Shown here: piece by piece, positions 24,110-37,354 of the stretch
Numbering within the stretch: position 1 is the stretch's first letter
Layout of the letters: the number at the start of each line of letters is the position of its first letter
Source of the DNA: Moniliella sp. 'wahieum'
Lineage: Eukaryota
Length of the DNA: 64,000 nt
Reading direction: 5' to 3'
NCBI GenBank assembly: GCA_003971905.1
Contig: RSEE01000024.1
Location: 434,001-498,000, forward strand
Notes under the pieces: generated by a model
Seen by the model: only the letters and a program-made list of their open reading frames with translations
What the model was told of the DNA's origin: nothing
The model's database searches: none
Position numbers and translations under genes: made by a program

Positions 24110-27100
24110 TGTGACCGGGGTCCATGTCACCGGCCACCCATCTCGGCCCCAGGCCTCACCGGTTATGACCGGCCAAGCCAGAGTCGTGGGCCCAGAACAG
24201 GACGCAGGCTCGCAAGTCCTCGACATCCGGAACGTACAGGGCCGTCCCCTTCCAAAGGCAACCGTCGCGGACAATCAGGCCCGCCCCGTCGCGAGCCGCC
24301 GCTTCCCACAAGGGGTCAGCAGGGACCAGGGCGTGGGTCCGGAGGGCGAGGAGTTCGTCAGCCGTCGGGCGCTCCTCCTCGAGTGCGAGGGCTTCCGCGT
24401 CCACGGCGGCCTCTAAGGCCAATAGGGACAGGTCCTCTGGGGTCGCATCTCTAACGGAAACCGGTGTTAAGAGTGGGGGAGGGGGAAAGGAGGGGGGCGC
24501 GGACCGAGTGTGGGGCCCACTGCGCGACAGGCCGTCGGCGGCGCCGGTGCCGCTGCCCCGGCAGTAGACGAGGCTGATGTTGTACTGGGAGAGGGCCTGG
24601 TGCCAGCGCACCAACCTACCCTTGGCTGGCGTGTCCTTCCGGCAAGCGACGAGGGCCTAGTGATCAGTCAGCACTTCTACCCGATCGACGCTGGCGGCGA
24701 AGTGGCGCCAAACGTGCAAGGACTGCACGATGGCAAACAATTCCTTTTCCGACACCGTCCAGCGCAGCTGGGAGTCGCGCAGGGCGCGCGGGTAGTACGC
24801 TATCGGGTGCCACTCCCCCTCCGCGCCGGGCTGAGCGAGGACCGCGTCAATACCCACGTCCGACGCATCCGTCTCTAGGCGAAGGGGCTTGGACGCGTCG
24901 AAGTGGGCGAGGGCCGGGGTCGAGGCGAAACGGTGCTTGAGGGCGGCGAAGGCAGAAGCGCAGGAAGGAGACCAATCGAAACGGGCCCCTTTGCCGAGGA
25001 GATGCTGGAGCGGGCGGGCGATGCGGGTGAAGGACGGAACGAAGTGACGGTAGTGATTGACGAAGCCCAGGATGACCTGTGTTTCTCGGATGGAAGTGGG
25101 CTGGGGCTATTGCTGGACCGCCTCGACCTTGGCCGGGTCCATCTCCACACCCTCCGGAGAGATTATGAGGCCGAGGTACTCCGTCCGGCGCATATGGAAT
25201 TCGCATTTCTCGAGTTTGAGGAACACGTTGTGGGCATGTAGGCGACGAAGCACTTCACGGACGTGAGCCTCGTGCTCATCCTCCCGCTCCGAGAGGACCA
25301 AAATGTCATCCAAAAACGCCAGCACCGTCACGTCCAAAAGAACGCGGAAGATGTCGTTGATAAAGCCCTGGAAGGTAGCGGAAGCGTTGGTCAGACCGAA
25401 AGGCATCACAAGGGATTCGAAGTGGCCGTAGCGGGTACGGAAGGCCGTCTTCCACTGGTCGCCCTCGCGAACGCGCAGTAGGTTGAAGGCATTGCGCAGG
25501 TCCAACTTGAGGAAGATGCGAGCAGGGCCAACTGATTCAGAGCGTCCTCGATGAGGGGGAGGGCGAGGCGATTCTTGACAGTCTGGGAAGTGAGCGCGCG
25601 ATAGTCCACGCAGAGGCGCAGGGAGCCGTCCTTATTCCGAACGAAGAGGACTCCGGCGCCGTACGGTGACTTGCACGGGCGAATGAAGCCGGCGGCGAGA
25701 TTCTCCTTGAGCTACTTGGCCAGAAAGTCCGACTCCTCGCGGGACGTAATGCAGAGGCGGTGGGCGCTGGGCGTCGCCCCATCCACGAGGTCAATGGCGT
25801 GATCGGCGGAACGGTGGGGGGGAAGGGTTTGAGCCCCCGCCTTGGACCAGAGGTGCAGGAAGTCATGGTACGCGGCCGGTACTTTGGCCCGGATAGCGGC
25901 CAAGTACTCGGGGGGGTCGGGCGGGGCGAGGGCGGGGAACGCGGGGGTGGGATCGAGGGACTCTTCCTCATCCGCCTCCGCCGCGGAGATGCTCGCCTCC
26001 CAGCCCTCCAGCTCAAAGCCCGGCAGGCCGAACACAGTTGCATCGGGGTCCGCGGACAGGGTGGCCTCGAACTGGTCGAAGGTCAGCACCGAGGCGAGCA
26101 AGGGGGGGGGGGGGGGAAGCGGGACCTACCGAGGCGGGGGCGGCGGAGGGAAGTGGAGGCAGGGCGAGGCGGGGGGGGCGGAAGGGGGGGGGGAGGGCGG
26201 TAGGAGGGGGCACAGACAGGGGTAGGGGCGGGGCGGGGGGCAAAGCGGGGGTGCGGGCGGAGGTGGAGCCAAGGGGGAGGGGGAGGGGGAGGGTGGAGGC
26301 GGGGGTACGGGGGCGGAGGTGCGTGCTACACCCCGCCTTGTCAAAGGAGAGCGTGGAGTGGCGGAAGCTGGCGGTCGGGTCGTGGGTGCGAAGGAAGGAA
26401 AGACGAAGAACGACGGGGCGAGAGAGGGAGGTGACGTGGAAAGTCTCGACGGACAGGTGGTCGCCCACGTAGAGAGGGAGGGTCACGCAATGAGTGATGT
26501 GGCCGGGCGCGATGGGGCGCCCGTCGATTACGCGAACGGCGACGGGGACGGGGAGGGGCTGGAGGGGGATACGGTGGGGCAAACGAACGAGAAGTCAATG
26601 AACAAGGTGCTGGCGCAGGAATCGACAAGAGCAGAGCAGGCCACCGAGGAGGTGGGAGCACCGAGGCGGACAGGAATCAAGAAGGGGGCGGTGGGAGACA
26701 GATAGACGCGCTAGACAGATCCAGCGGCCGCGTCGGAACGCCGCGTGCCACGGGTCGGGCATTCCCGCAGGAAATGTCCCGCCTGACCGCAGTAGAGGCA
26801 GAGGTTATGATCGAGGCGAAACCGACGGCGCGCCTCTGAGTTGGCCGGTTTCTCGGGGCTGGGACCCGCGATGGCGGTGACGGCGGCGCTCAAGTCCATA
26901 GGTTCGGGCCGGCCACTGGGATCCTGAGTGCGGTCGAGCGCGACGGCGCGGTCACGGACCGCGACGTAGCGCTCAAGTGAAGCTTCTCCGGGGGCCGCCT
27001 GGGACAGGATGAGGTGTCGGATGTCCGTGCGCAAACCCCATAAAAATGCGGCCTGCTGGTGGTGCGGGTGGAGGTCGTAGCCGAGGCGCTGGAGGATCCC

Positions 27101-27400
27101 CTCGAAGCGCTGGACGTATTCGTACACCGAGCCGGTCTGGCGGCACTCATGCAGATTGGCGACCGCCGTTAACTGCGGGTACGGATCGCCCCAACGCCGC
27201 GCTTTCGATGCCTGCATCGGAGGCTGCATCGACAAGGATGGGCAGCAACAAGCGGAGTCAAGGGGCGCAGCTCGCCGTGCGCACGCATCCGGCTTCGTGC
27301 GCAGCGACAGGAGAGGAGTGCGAAAAGGGAGCAAGGTCCCGAGGGGCGGCAGAGGTCCCAAAGTGTTGGTTGGTGGCGGAGATGCAAAAGCCGCCCAGAC
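24110..27400 (-). mobile_element. Decayed Ty3/Gypsy LTR retrotransposon internal region (gag, protease, RT, RNase H, start of integrase)
   Basis: Gag with PEPMDL and CLYCGQAGHFLREC; protease [48 protein letters not shown]; RNase H TDASD..ELFAIV..TDH; integrase only HDSGLAGH. It has frameshifts and a premature TAG (~25712). No flanking LTRs seen; boundaries are approximate. Confidence 0.93.
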
Positions 27401-27627
27401 GCGACGAGATCATATTCGGCGTCGCTAGGGTTATAGGCGGTGTGGCCGTAGCCAATGTGGATGAATTGCGCAACCGATGCGGGGGGCGGTTACCATGGTC
27501 TGGGTTCATTGGTCCATTCCCCCCTACCACATTCCCGATACAGGGGGGCTTGAGCCGCCGCAGCAGCAGCTATTATCGCGCCATCCTCTACAACATCTTT
27601 GTGGGGCCGGCTGTTTATCTTCCCGTC

Positions 27628-29339
27628 ATGAGCGGCACCATCAGTCTCCTCCCTCTAACTCTGCCACACCCGATGCTGTGCCAATCTTCAGTGTGGCACC
27701 CATGCACCAGCCTTTAGAGGCCCATTCCCTTCCCCGGCTCCAATCAGGGTTCATAAGTACATCCCAAAACATCCACACCACTGGCTGGGAGATCGCAAGC
27801 ACCAATACTCCATTAAACATGGCCGAACTACCTCTTTCCAACATAGACCAAGGCGAGTTGGCCACATCAAGTTTTGCTCCTACTGCCTCCCACACTCACG
27901 AAGCAAATGCAACATCCTCTCAGTCTTCATGGCCAGGCACTGCGCAGCCGGCCTATTTCGATTTCGGTCGCCCGCCATCTGGTAGCCTGCCTCTCTCGCA
28001 ACTTTCACGGCTCACTCATGCACGCTGCAGCACCAATACTGAAGGTTCCATCTCCATACCCGCTTCGCATCCCTTGGTCTCCTCGAGCGACTGGATCGCA
28101 TTTGTCCCACCCATGTCTCGTGTCTCTGGAACTGCTCATTCCTCTCACTCCGCTCCTTTTACCGAGGGAAAGGCGTGGAAGGAAGGAGAATGTGGGGGAT
28201 GAGGCTTTAGGATTATCCCCCGCTGGACCATCAGAGAATTCGCAAGCAACATTATCCTCGTCAGGAACTTCAGCTCACCCGAGTCAACTCCTCGAACCGG
28301 CAGCGATGATGAGAGGGCGTGGCCCTCGAGAAGAGGTAAGAATCCCATCCGCTAAGCTCTTATTCAACCAGCTTCGCCAGGCTGGGTTGTCTAATGAAGT
28401 TCCAAGTGGTTCGTGTGCGGATGAATGTGTCGATGGATTGATGACCTCCTTCCCGTTTCCTTCCCAGCCGCCCGTCGAAGGGGATCCCTCCAGGCCAATG
28501 GGAGGCAACGACCCACCCCTTCCCACTGCATGGTCGACTGCCCCAATTCGTAAAACGTATGCCCTTCGCCGATCATTGCACACTTCCGGGACCGATGAGG
28601 AAAAAAACAGCAACCCATCACGAAATGGGCAGGGTTTATCAAGCAAAAGAGCACGATATCTTTCCCCAGCGGCAGAGGGAGAAGTTGCGCGCACGGCCGA
28701 AGAGAAGACTACGCCACTTGCTGCGACGCGTAATGCCTCTGCTTCTGCTAGGGGTAGCAGCCCCCCCGGCCAATTGGGATCGCGCAAGGCATCTACGGCT
28801 AAGTCACGGGGCGTTGGCGAAGTGTCAGCTACGTCTTTTGGCGCGCCAGCCCCAAGCGAAAGGGGAGGGCAGAGCTCGTGCTCTACCCCTTTGGCTGCTG
28901 GGACCGAGTCAGATCTGCCTGCCTCGCAGCCGATCCAATCTACCCTCCACAGCTCTGCGCTTGCATCGGAAGAACCGACGTCTGCGAGCAGCCCGCGGCG
29001 TGAGGCAGCGTTCTTCGCCCGGCCTTCTGGGGCTGGAGAACGTACGAGTGCAATCAAGCGAGGAAGTTACGGGACGGCAAAGCTTTGCCAAGTTCAACGA
29101 GGGCTGGATTCTCTCCGGCTCTCGCACGCGCACTGGTACCAGATCGAACGACCTACGGCGCTAATGTTGGGGTCGTTCGGATGGCGGAAACGATGTACGC
29201 TCTCCTCTCCTCCGCCCGCACTTGGGCTCCGCATGTGTTGGGCACCATTCGAATCAATCAGAGCGTCTACAGTACCATGTTTGCAGCTGGTTGGCTGAGC
29301 CGTGCTGTTGACGACGAGCATTCATGGTGCATGCGATGA
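27628..29339 (+). CDS. Hypothetical Ser/Pro-rich protein, broken into overlapping ORFs
   Basis: Overlapping long ORFs 27477-28202, 27874-29298 and 29085-29339 of similar composition; start and true frame path uncertain. Confidence 0.4.
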
Positions 29340-29996
29340 TGTAGCATACCAGGGGAAACGTGTTGCCTCGACGACATTGCTCGACGTAGGATTATCGCAG
29401 CCAGCCTTAGTAATCCTACCCAGCCGAGTGAAAACGGCACATCCCCCTGTGAAATCGGGCGTGCGCGTGACGCGTGACGCGTGACACATGACTAGTGACT
29501 AGTGCGGCCTGCTGATCACAACGATCACATGCACATGCCAAGGTCGCAGTGTTAAATCCGCCGGCTGGACACGCGCCGACCGGCCCGAGGCAAGCGACAG
29601 CCGAGCCCTGGGTCTTGCAGCTTGCCTGATCCAGCGCCCAGCCACCTAGCGCCCCAGCAGCCGTACAAGTTACAAGGCCGCAGGCCTCAGTCCGACGTGC
29701 TGCTGCGGAGGCCTAGGGTTTCCCAGTCCGCCGCCCCCTGCAGCTGCCCGAGGCGCACCGGCCACCGCGAACCACCGGCCCGGCTCGCCCGGTGTGCCCG
29801 GCGCGGACATTACTAACGGCCCATGTTGCACACTGCCCCCATGCGTGCCTGCGACGCGGCGGGGCAATCCAGATTTGGGCAGGCAGGTATCACCGCATTC
29901 TTCCAGCCGCTACTTGGTGCCACCCGCTGCTGCCCCTCTGTCTTTTGCTCCTCCATCTGGGCATTCAGCACTCCCATCCACAGCCCCTACCTCACT

Positions 29997-32008
29997 ATGC
30001 TTGCTACTGTTGCTCGCCGAGCGCCGCTGCGGGTCGCCCAGCCCGCACGGGTGGCACTTGCCTCGACGTCGGTCGCGTCGCCCCCGCGCCTCCTCTCTCT
30101 TCGTCCCTGGCAGGTGGCGCGGCGCGCTGCTGCCCACCTGTTCCCGTTCCGCACGGCATGCGTACCTTCAGCTCTTCGCGCCCCGCCCGCTCCGCCGAGG
30201 AGGATGCGGAGGAGGAGGTGGAGCGTGTGGTGGACCACTGCGACGTGCTGATTGTCGGGGGCGGCCCGGCTGGTCTCAGTGCGGCGATCCGCATCAAGCA
30301 GCTCGCCGAGGAAAAGGGAGAAGAGATCCGGGTGGTGCTGCTGGAGAAGGGTGCGGAAATTGGCAACCACATCTTGTCGGGTGCGGTGATTCAGCCGAAT
30401 GCGCTGAATGAGCTTATTCCCGACTGGAAGGAAAAAGGCGCGCACTCAACCAGCCAGCGACCGAGGACCACATGTATCTCCTCACTGAGAAGAGTAAGAT
30501 CCCGCTCCCCGAGATTCCCCAATTGAGCAACACTGGGAACTACGTTGTGTCCCTTTCGCGAGTCGCCACCTGGCTTGGCGAGCAGGCCGAGGAGGCTGGC
30601 GTGGAATTGTACCCTGGCTTTGCCGGGGCCCAAGTGGTGTGGGACGTGGATGCGGCGGGGAGGAAGCGGGTGGGTGTCAAGGGGGTGGTCACGAACGACA
30701 TTGGGATTGGCAAAGATGGCCAGCCGAAAGACTCGTTTGAACCTGGGATGGAGTTCCGTGCGCCCATCATCTCTTTGCCGAGGGCGCGCATGGCAGCTTG
30801 AGTTTGCAGGTGATCAAGGAGCTGGGCTTGCGGGAACAAGTGGGCGCCGACCCGCAGACGTATGCGATCGGATCAAGGAGGTGTGGAGGGTGCCGCCGGA
30901 GCAGCACACCCCGGGCAAGGTTGTTCACTGGTCGGCTGGCCGTTGAATATGACGACGTATGGCGGGGGCTTGGATGTACCACATGGAGGACAACATGGTC
31001 TCGGTCGGCTTGGTTACTGCCCTGGACTATGCCAATCCCTATCTGTCGCCCTTCCGTGAATTCCAGCGGATGAAACACCCCTCTGTTCAAGTCGGTGTTG
31101 GAGGGAGGTGAGTGTTTGGCGTACGCGCGCGTGTACTCAACGAGGGAGGGTACCAATCCATCCCCAAGCTGCACTTTTCCGGAGGTGCGTTGATCGGCTG
31201 CTCGGCCGGGTTTGTGAACCTGGCCAAGATTAAGGGTACCCATAACGCCATGAAAACGGGCATGACCGCCGCCGAGGCGGCGGTTGACGCCATCCTCAAG
31301 GCCCGAGCTGAACTCCCGGAAGACGCCGAAGCCGAGTCGGATGAAGAGGGACCCATCCTGCCCCCACTGGACATTGAGGCATACAAGACGAAGCTGGATG
31401 ACACGTGGGTGCTCGATGAACTAAAGGAGGTGCGTAACCTGCGCCCGTCGTTCAACACCCCTCTGGGCCTTTTCGGCGGTCTGGCCTACTCTGGGGTAGA
31501 GACAGTCCTGCTGAGGGGCAAGAGCCCGTGGACGTTCCACCACCATGGCAGCGACGCTTCTCACACCGAACCTGCCTCGCAACACAAACCGATCGATTAC
31601 CCCAAGCCGGATGGTAAGATTTCCTTTGACATTCTCACTTCGGTCGCTCGTACCGGTACCTACCATGCCGAAGACCAGCCGTCGCATCTCAAGGTCAAGG
31701 ATGGGGACCGCGAGGGCCATGTGAAGCGTAACGTGGGCACCTATGCTGGTCTCTTGGGTCGTGTGTGCCCTGCGGCAGTGTATGAATATGTGGAGGAAGA
31801 GGACCCCAAAGCGCAGGATGCGTTGGGCCAGAAGCTGGTTATCAACAGCCAAAACTGCATTCAGTGCGTTCTTATCCCCCCCCCCTTCCTGAGTCGTGCG
31901 CTAACACATCCTTCCAGCTGCAAGACATGCTCGATCAAGACGCCAGACCAGAGCATCGTTTGGACTGTGCCTGAAGGCGGCGGTGGCCCCAAGTACTCGT
32001 TGACCTAG
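29997..32008 (+). CDS. CIR2: Mitochondrial electron transfer flavoprotein-ubiquinone oxidoreductase
   Basis: Arg/Ala-rich presequence; [20 protein letters not shown] motif; [40 protein letters not shown] 4Fe-4S motif; GGGPKY end. Several indels and one intron near 31864-31918. Confidence 0.95.
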
Positions 32009-33615
32009 TCGGGCCTGGGATGTAGTAAACTAAGCTATGACTGCAATCCATGATCTACACCACCGATTGTGTTTGAACCCGGCAATTTGCGTACTGCATT
32101 TGGAATGAGTTTTAGGACAACACCGTTGCGATGAGGGGCAGTACTATGTCTCAATATGGTATAGCTGAGGCCATGCAGGGCAGATTTTTACGCCCTTGTA
32201 TACAATGGCAGTAGGCAGCTTGCATAGGGGCGCAGACGCTCGTGAAGCCGGAGCAACAGCAGTGGAAGCAACAGTGCAATTCTGCATCAAGGACTACATT
32301 GGCCCTGGTTTGCCCGGTGCGTATCACGTACTTGGCAGCACATGAACAACAGTGAAGCTTGAAGGCCCCTTACGGGGGCGTGAGGATCGCCCATCTGGGC
32401 GCGGAGAGGGTGCGGAAAGAGGTTGAGATAGGGTGGTGGTGCGTCAGTAGACCTAATGACACTGTTGAACAAACTGATAGGCAACAGCAACATGCGACGA
32501 GTGCCCGAGTCGGCCAGGGGACTTGTCCACGCGATCTTGTCCAGGTACCCCCAGGCAGTGGGCCCAGTCTCTCTATAAGTTCTCCATTACCAGAGGGGAT
32601 GATCGATGAGAAGCACACAGCTCCAACCCCCAGGTGAGTGTTGCGTACTGAGTTGATCAGCTGCGCCCAGACTAGGTGATGCCGGTGACGAACCGGCGGG
32701 ACACGAAGGGGGCTGCTGGGAACAAGGCTGCATCACGTCATAGGATGGTGTAGGACAGAGGGTATACCCCCGCCTCAATCAGACAGGTGGTGCCCGCTAT
32801 GCCGGGGTGGCGTTGCGGGAGCACAGCGATGGATTATTTCTAGAGATGGGATTGATAGCGAGGCGAGAGCCGGGTGCCGGCCAGGCGGGTGCGGGCGCAA
32901 GTGGTTGTGAAAGGCGGCCTGGGCCAGGAGAAGGGATGCGGGATGCGATCGCCTATCGCGCCTCGACACGTGCATCGATCGACGAGCCGCTGGACGACTA
33001 CCGCCTCCTGCCGACTGCCAGCTGCCACCTGCCGGCTGCCGGCTGCCGATGTCCTGCAGCCGGCCAACACCACGCTGCCTGCCGCCGCGCCCAGCCAGCG
33101 CAGCCTGCCTGCACGCTTCCGCAGCAGCCGCACCACTCAGCCCCTCCTCCGCACCACACCCACACGCCTGCCATTACACCGCTTGCCCCCCGCTAGGGTT
33201 GTGTCCCACACACTGCATGCGCGCCACCGTGGTCCCCGTCCCCCCTCCCGCACGCGTGCACTGTCGCCCGCCCGCACACAGCCCGCCATGCTGGTCCGGC
33301 GCCTACCACGGGCTGGGCTGCGCGCACCACGTCACACCTCCCTCCTGCCGCAGCGTGTGTCTGAGACATACACTGCCTCCCTGCAGATGCCCCTCTTCGC
33401 TGGCGCCATGCCCATAAAGTTTCAAGTCGCAGCCCGCGTCGGTCGCCGTCATCGATCATCCAGCAGTGGCGACCGCGCCAGCTTCTCACCACCACCCCCC
33501 CCTTCTTGAGCCGGTCCAGCTCCGCTCGCCTTGGCTCTTCCGCCTGCCCCCCCCCCCCCCCCCCCCTCGGCATCCCTACTCCACCCTCGTCCATCCCCTT
33601 CTTTCCCATTGCATC

Positions 33616-34340
33616 ATGTCCGCCGACATCCGTCGCAAACTCGTCATCGTCGGCGATGGCGCGTGCGGCAAGACCTGCCTGCTGATCGTCTTCAGCAAGG
33701 GCACCTTCCCCGAGGTGTATGTGCCCACCGTCTTCGAGGTATGTCCGCTTCCCTCTGCCCCCTCTCGAAGCTCGTACTGACCCATGATTGCTTCAGAACT
33801 ATGGCAAGTCTTCCTTTCCAAGACGCGTGTGCTGCTGAAGGTAGCTGTACTAACCCCTTTGCTTCTCTGTCTGCAGTGGCCGATGTTGAGGTGGACGGTA
33901 AGCACGTTGAGCTTGCGCTCTGGGACACGGCTGGCCAGGAGGACTACGACCGACTGCGTCCGCTTTCGTACCCCGACTCGCACGTGATTCTCATCTGCTT
34001 TGCGGTGGACAGCCCCGACTCGCTGGACAATGTGCAGGAGAAGTGGATCTCCGAGGTGCTGCACTTCTGCGTCAACCTGCCGATTGTGTTGGTTGCGTGC
34101 AAGAAGGATCTGCGGGACGACCCGCGGATCATTGATGAGCTGCGCCGTACGAACCAGCGTCCGGTGACGTACCAGGAGGGTGCCAACATGGCGCAAAAGA
34201 TTGGTGCGCGTGCCTACCTCGAGTGCTCGGCCAAGACGGGCTCGGGTGTGCGTGAGGTGTTTGAGACGGCCACACGGGCTGCGCTGTCGTCCAAGCCGGT
34301 GAAGAACAAGAACCGCGACAAGAAGTGCCAACTGCTGTAA
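33616..34340 (+). CDS. RHO1: Rho1 GTPase
   Basis: [81 protein letters not shown] (CaaX). Exons 33616-33738, 33797-33803, 33877-34340. Confidence 0.97.
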
Positions 34341-35904
34341 TTGTTGGCACGCCGATGCATCTTTGGCGCGACTGCCTCGCCTGCTGGGCGAGGGCGGGCT
34401 CGATAGATACTTCTTCTCTTTCTCCGTTTTCTCCAGATAGTCTCTTCTCCCCGAGACCCCCTACCCGCCCCATGGCTTTGACTGGATCCCCTTCTTCAGC
34501 GAAGCGCACTGTCCAGGTTGCACGGTAGTGACAGGGGGGTGGGCTATTGATATTGATATTGATAAGAGAAGACCCAAGGAAGTGAAGTGGTCGCGCGCGT
34601 ATGGTGCAGTCGTGTTTGCACTCACTCTGCACTCCCCAGCTGGCGGTGACGTAAGTGAGGGGTTTTGAGGAAGCGAGGACTGCATGGAAGGGGGGAGAGC
34701 GGGGTCCCAGTCAAGCTTCACCTGAAGCTTCAAGCGTTGAAGATTGAAGATTGAGGGCAGATGGCGGCTGGGTACCTACTGCTCGTGACGGCACGCTTTG
34801 GGCTTGAGATCTGAGATGCTGCGAGGCCAGAGAGCGAGCTTGCGGAACTTGAAGCTTGACTGCCATGCACGCAAGCTGCACGCCTGGTTCTAGCGTGCGG
34901 CTTGAAGCCCAGACAGACACAGCCCCGCCCATGCTAGGGTGCCACTTGGCCTCACTGGCCCCATGGTGCAAGCACCTCAGCCTGAGGCCTGTTGCGTCAT
35001 GATGCATGGTGCATGATGTGTGTCGCGTACTGGTGCTGCTGCATGCAGCATGGCCAGTGCCTAGTACCTAGCGAGCACTGCCGAGTCCTGGGCGATGCGT
35101 GCGCCCACACACGCTTGGCAGATCACACACGTCACGTGCCTCCGGTGTGCCCTAGCTCCGCTCCGTTCCAGCAGCTGTAGTCACTAATCGGTACTCAGTT
35201 CCGCCGCCACGCGGCTCCCCGCTGTCGAATGCATTGGGCTGGACGTTGGGGCGGCGAGGAAGCGGCGAGTCAGGCATCGGGGGGAGTTTGTCGGCTCTTC
35301 GCTCGCACGCGTAAGGCGTAAGCGTAAAGTGCCATGGCGAAGATCGAGGGGTTCTGGCTTCGGCACTGCCTGCTGGTAGGTGCACATTAGCAGTAACTAA
35401 GAAAGAGGGTATTTTTTCTGGCGCCCCCTATGGCCCGGTTTGGGCAGGGCCCTTACTGACTTGGAAGGGGACATGCCATTGCATGCCACAGAGCTTGGGT
35501 TGGGCTGGCTGGCCGGTGACCCGGTGACCCCCCCGCCTTAGGTCGGCCTCAGGGCGCCAGGAGCGCAGCCCAAGCTCAAGCTTCAAGGGGCACTCGCTCA
35601 CGTGATGAACCGCAAAACATTTCAAGGCCGGCCTCAGGCCCCTGAGGGGACCGCGACGGAGACTGGCGTGGTGCGGATCGCTGCCCTGGGGCGCGCCTGC
35701 ACCCAAGTGTTGTATGTTGCGGCCGGCGGCTGGCTAGTTCGAGAACTGGGCGCTGCTATTAAGCAAACCGACTGCTGCTTCGGCCTCTCAGGCGCCTGAG
35801 GCTCAGACTCAGGCTCAGGCCTCGCTCAGCCATCAGGCGCCTCATGCATTCATGCATCATGCATCACCCAACCACGCCCCCCGCTGGCCAGCATTGCCAC
35901 CACC

Positions 35905-37354
35905 ATGTCCCTGCTCGACGTGGGCGCGGTACGCAAGAAGCGCAACTTCAAGGGTCTCCAGCTCGTCGACTCCCCGCTCAGCATCCCCATCCCACGCCCT
36001 GTCCAAGTCCAATTCACCCGGCCTCGCAGAAGGCGCTTCCTTCCTCGACGACAACAGCGACGATGCCAGTGCCAGCGTACCATCCTCGCCTCCCTACCGC
36101 TCCCACCTCGCACCCTCAGGGCTTTCTGGTCCCCCGGCCCCGGCGCCACCCTCAACTCATGGAATCGGTTTCTCCAAACCACCTCCTGGAAGGCTCAAGA
36201 AGCGCGCGCCAGCCAACCTCAAATTGGATTTGGACCCCTCTCCTAGAAAGCACACCCCAACTTCGGAGAGAGAGGCGAACGGAGGGAGTGCGGATTACCA
36301 CAACAAGTTGTCGGAGCAACTAGCGTCGCTGGAGCTGTCTGGGCGCCGAGGCAAAGGGGATCACGATGAGGAGGCGGCCATCGTCTTGTCTGATCATGAT
36401 CTTGAGTTCCTTGCCGAATTAGGTGCGGGGAATGGGGGGACGGTGACCAAGGTGTATCATGTGCCTACGCAGAAAATCATGGCCAAAAAGGCTATGTTTA
36501 TTGACGCCATGCCCTCGGTGTGCAAACAGATCCTGCGAGAACGCAGATCATGCATGAGTGCGACTCACCTTACATTGTCAACTTTTTCGGGGCCTATCTG
36601 AACGAACCTAGGATTTGCATGTGCATGGAGTACATGGATCGAGGGTACGCTTAACCCTCCCTCATGTCTCTGTGTCGTCCCGTACTGACTGCTGTCCAGT
36701 TCGCTCGACCAGATTTACAAGCGCGTTGGGGCCATTCTTCCCGCCGTGTGCGCTCGGGTGGCTAGTGTGGTAGTCAACGGATTACTGTACCTCTATGACG
36801 TACACCGTATTATCCATCGTGACGTGAAGCCAAGCAACATCCTCGTTAATAGTCGAGGCGAGATGAAGCTCTGCGATTTTGGTGTCTCGGGCGAACTGAT
36901 TAATTCGATCGCCGATACGTTTGTGGGGACAAGCACTTATATGAGTGTAAGTCCGTCCTTTTTTTTCTTTGGGCGTTCTGTTATACTGACCGCCACTCAG
37001 CCCGAACGAATTCAAGGCGACAAGTACAGTGTCAAGAGTGACGTATGGTCATTGGGCGTCACCCTCTTGGAACTTGCTTTGGGGCACTTTCCCTTTGCCA
37101 ATGACGACGAAGATGGGCGGGTGGAGACCATGCAGTTATCAATTTTGGATCTGCTGCAACGCATTGTCAACGAGCCAAGTCCGCGTCTCCCTTCCTCGGC
37201 CGATTCCAACCTCCGCTCCTTCACCGACGTTTGTCTCCTCAAAGATCCCGTCGCCCGCGCCTCCCCTCAGGACTTGCTCCAGCACCCGCTCGTCGCGACC
37301 GCTGGCTATACCAATGCCGATATTGCAGCCTGGCTTGCGAGCCTTGATTCGTGA
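35905..37354 (+). CDS. STE7: MAP kinase kinase, Ste7/Fuz7 type
   Basis: N-terminal RKKRNFKGLQL docking motif; ELGAGNGGTV; HRDVKPSN; DFGVSGELINSIADTFVGTSTYMS|PERIQG; two introns and small indels. Confidence 0.92.

Noticed and set aside
29997..37354. Mating-type locus suggested by STE7 and ETF-related genes
   Set aside because: No pheromone, STE3 receptor or homeodomain genes are seen in the window.
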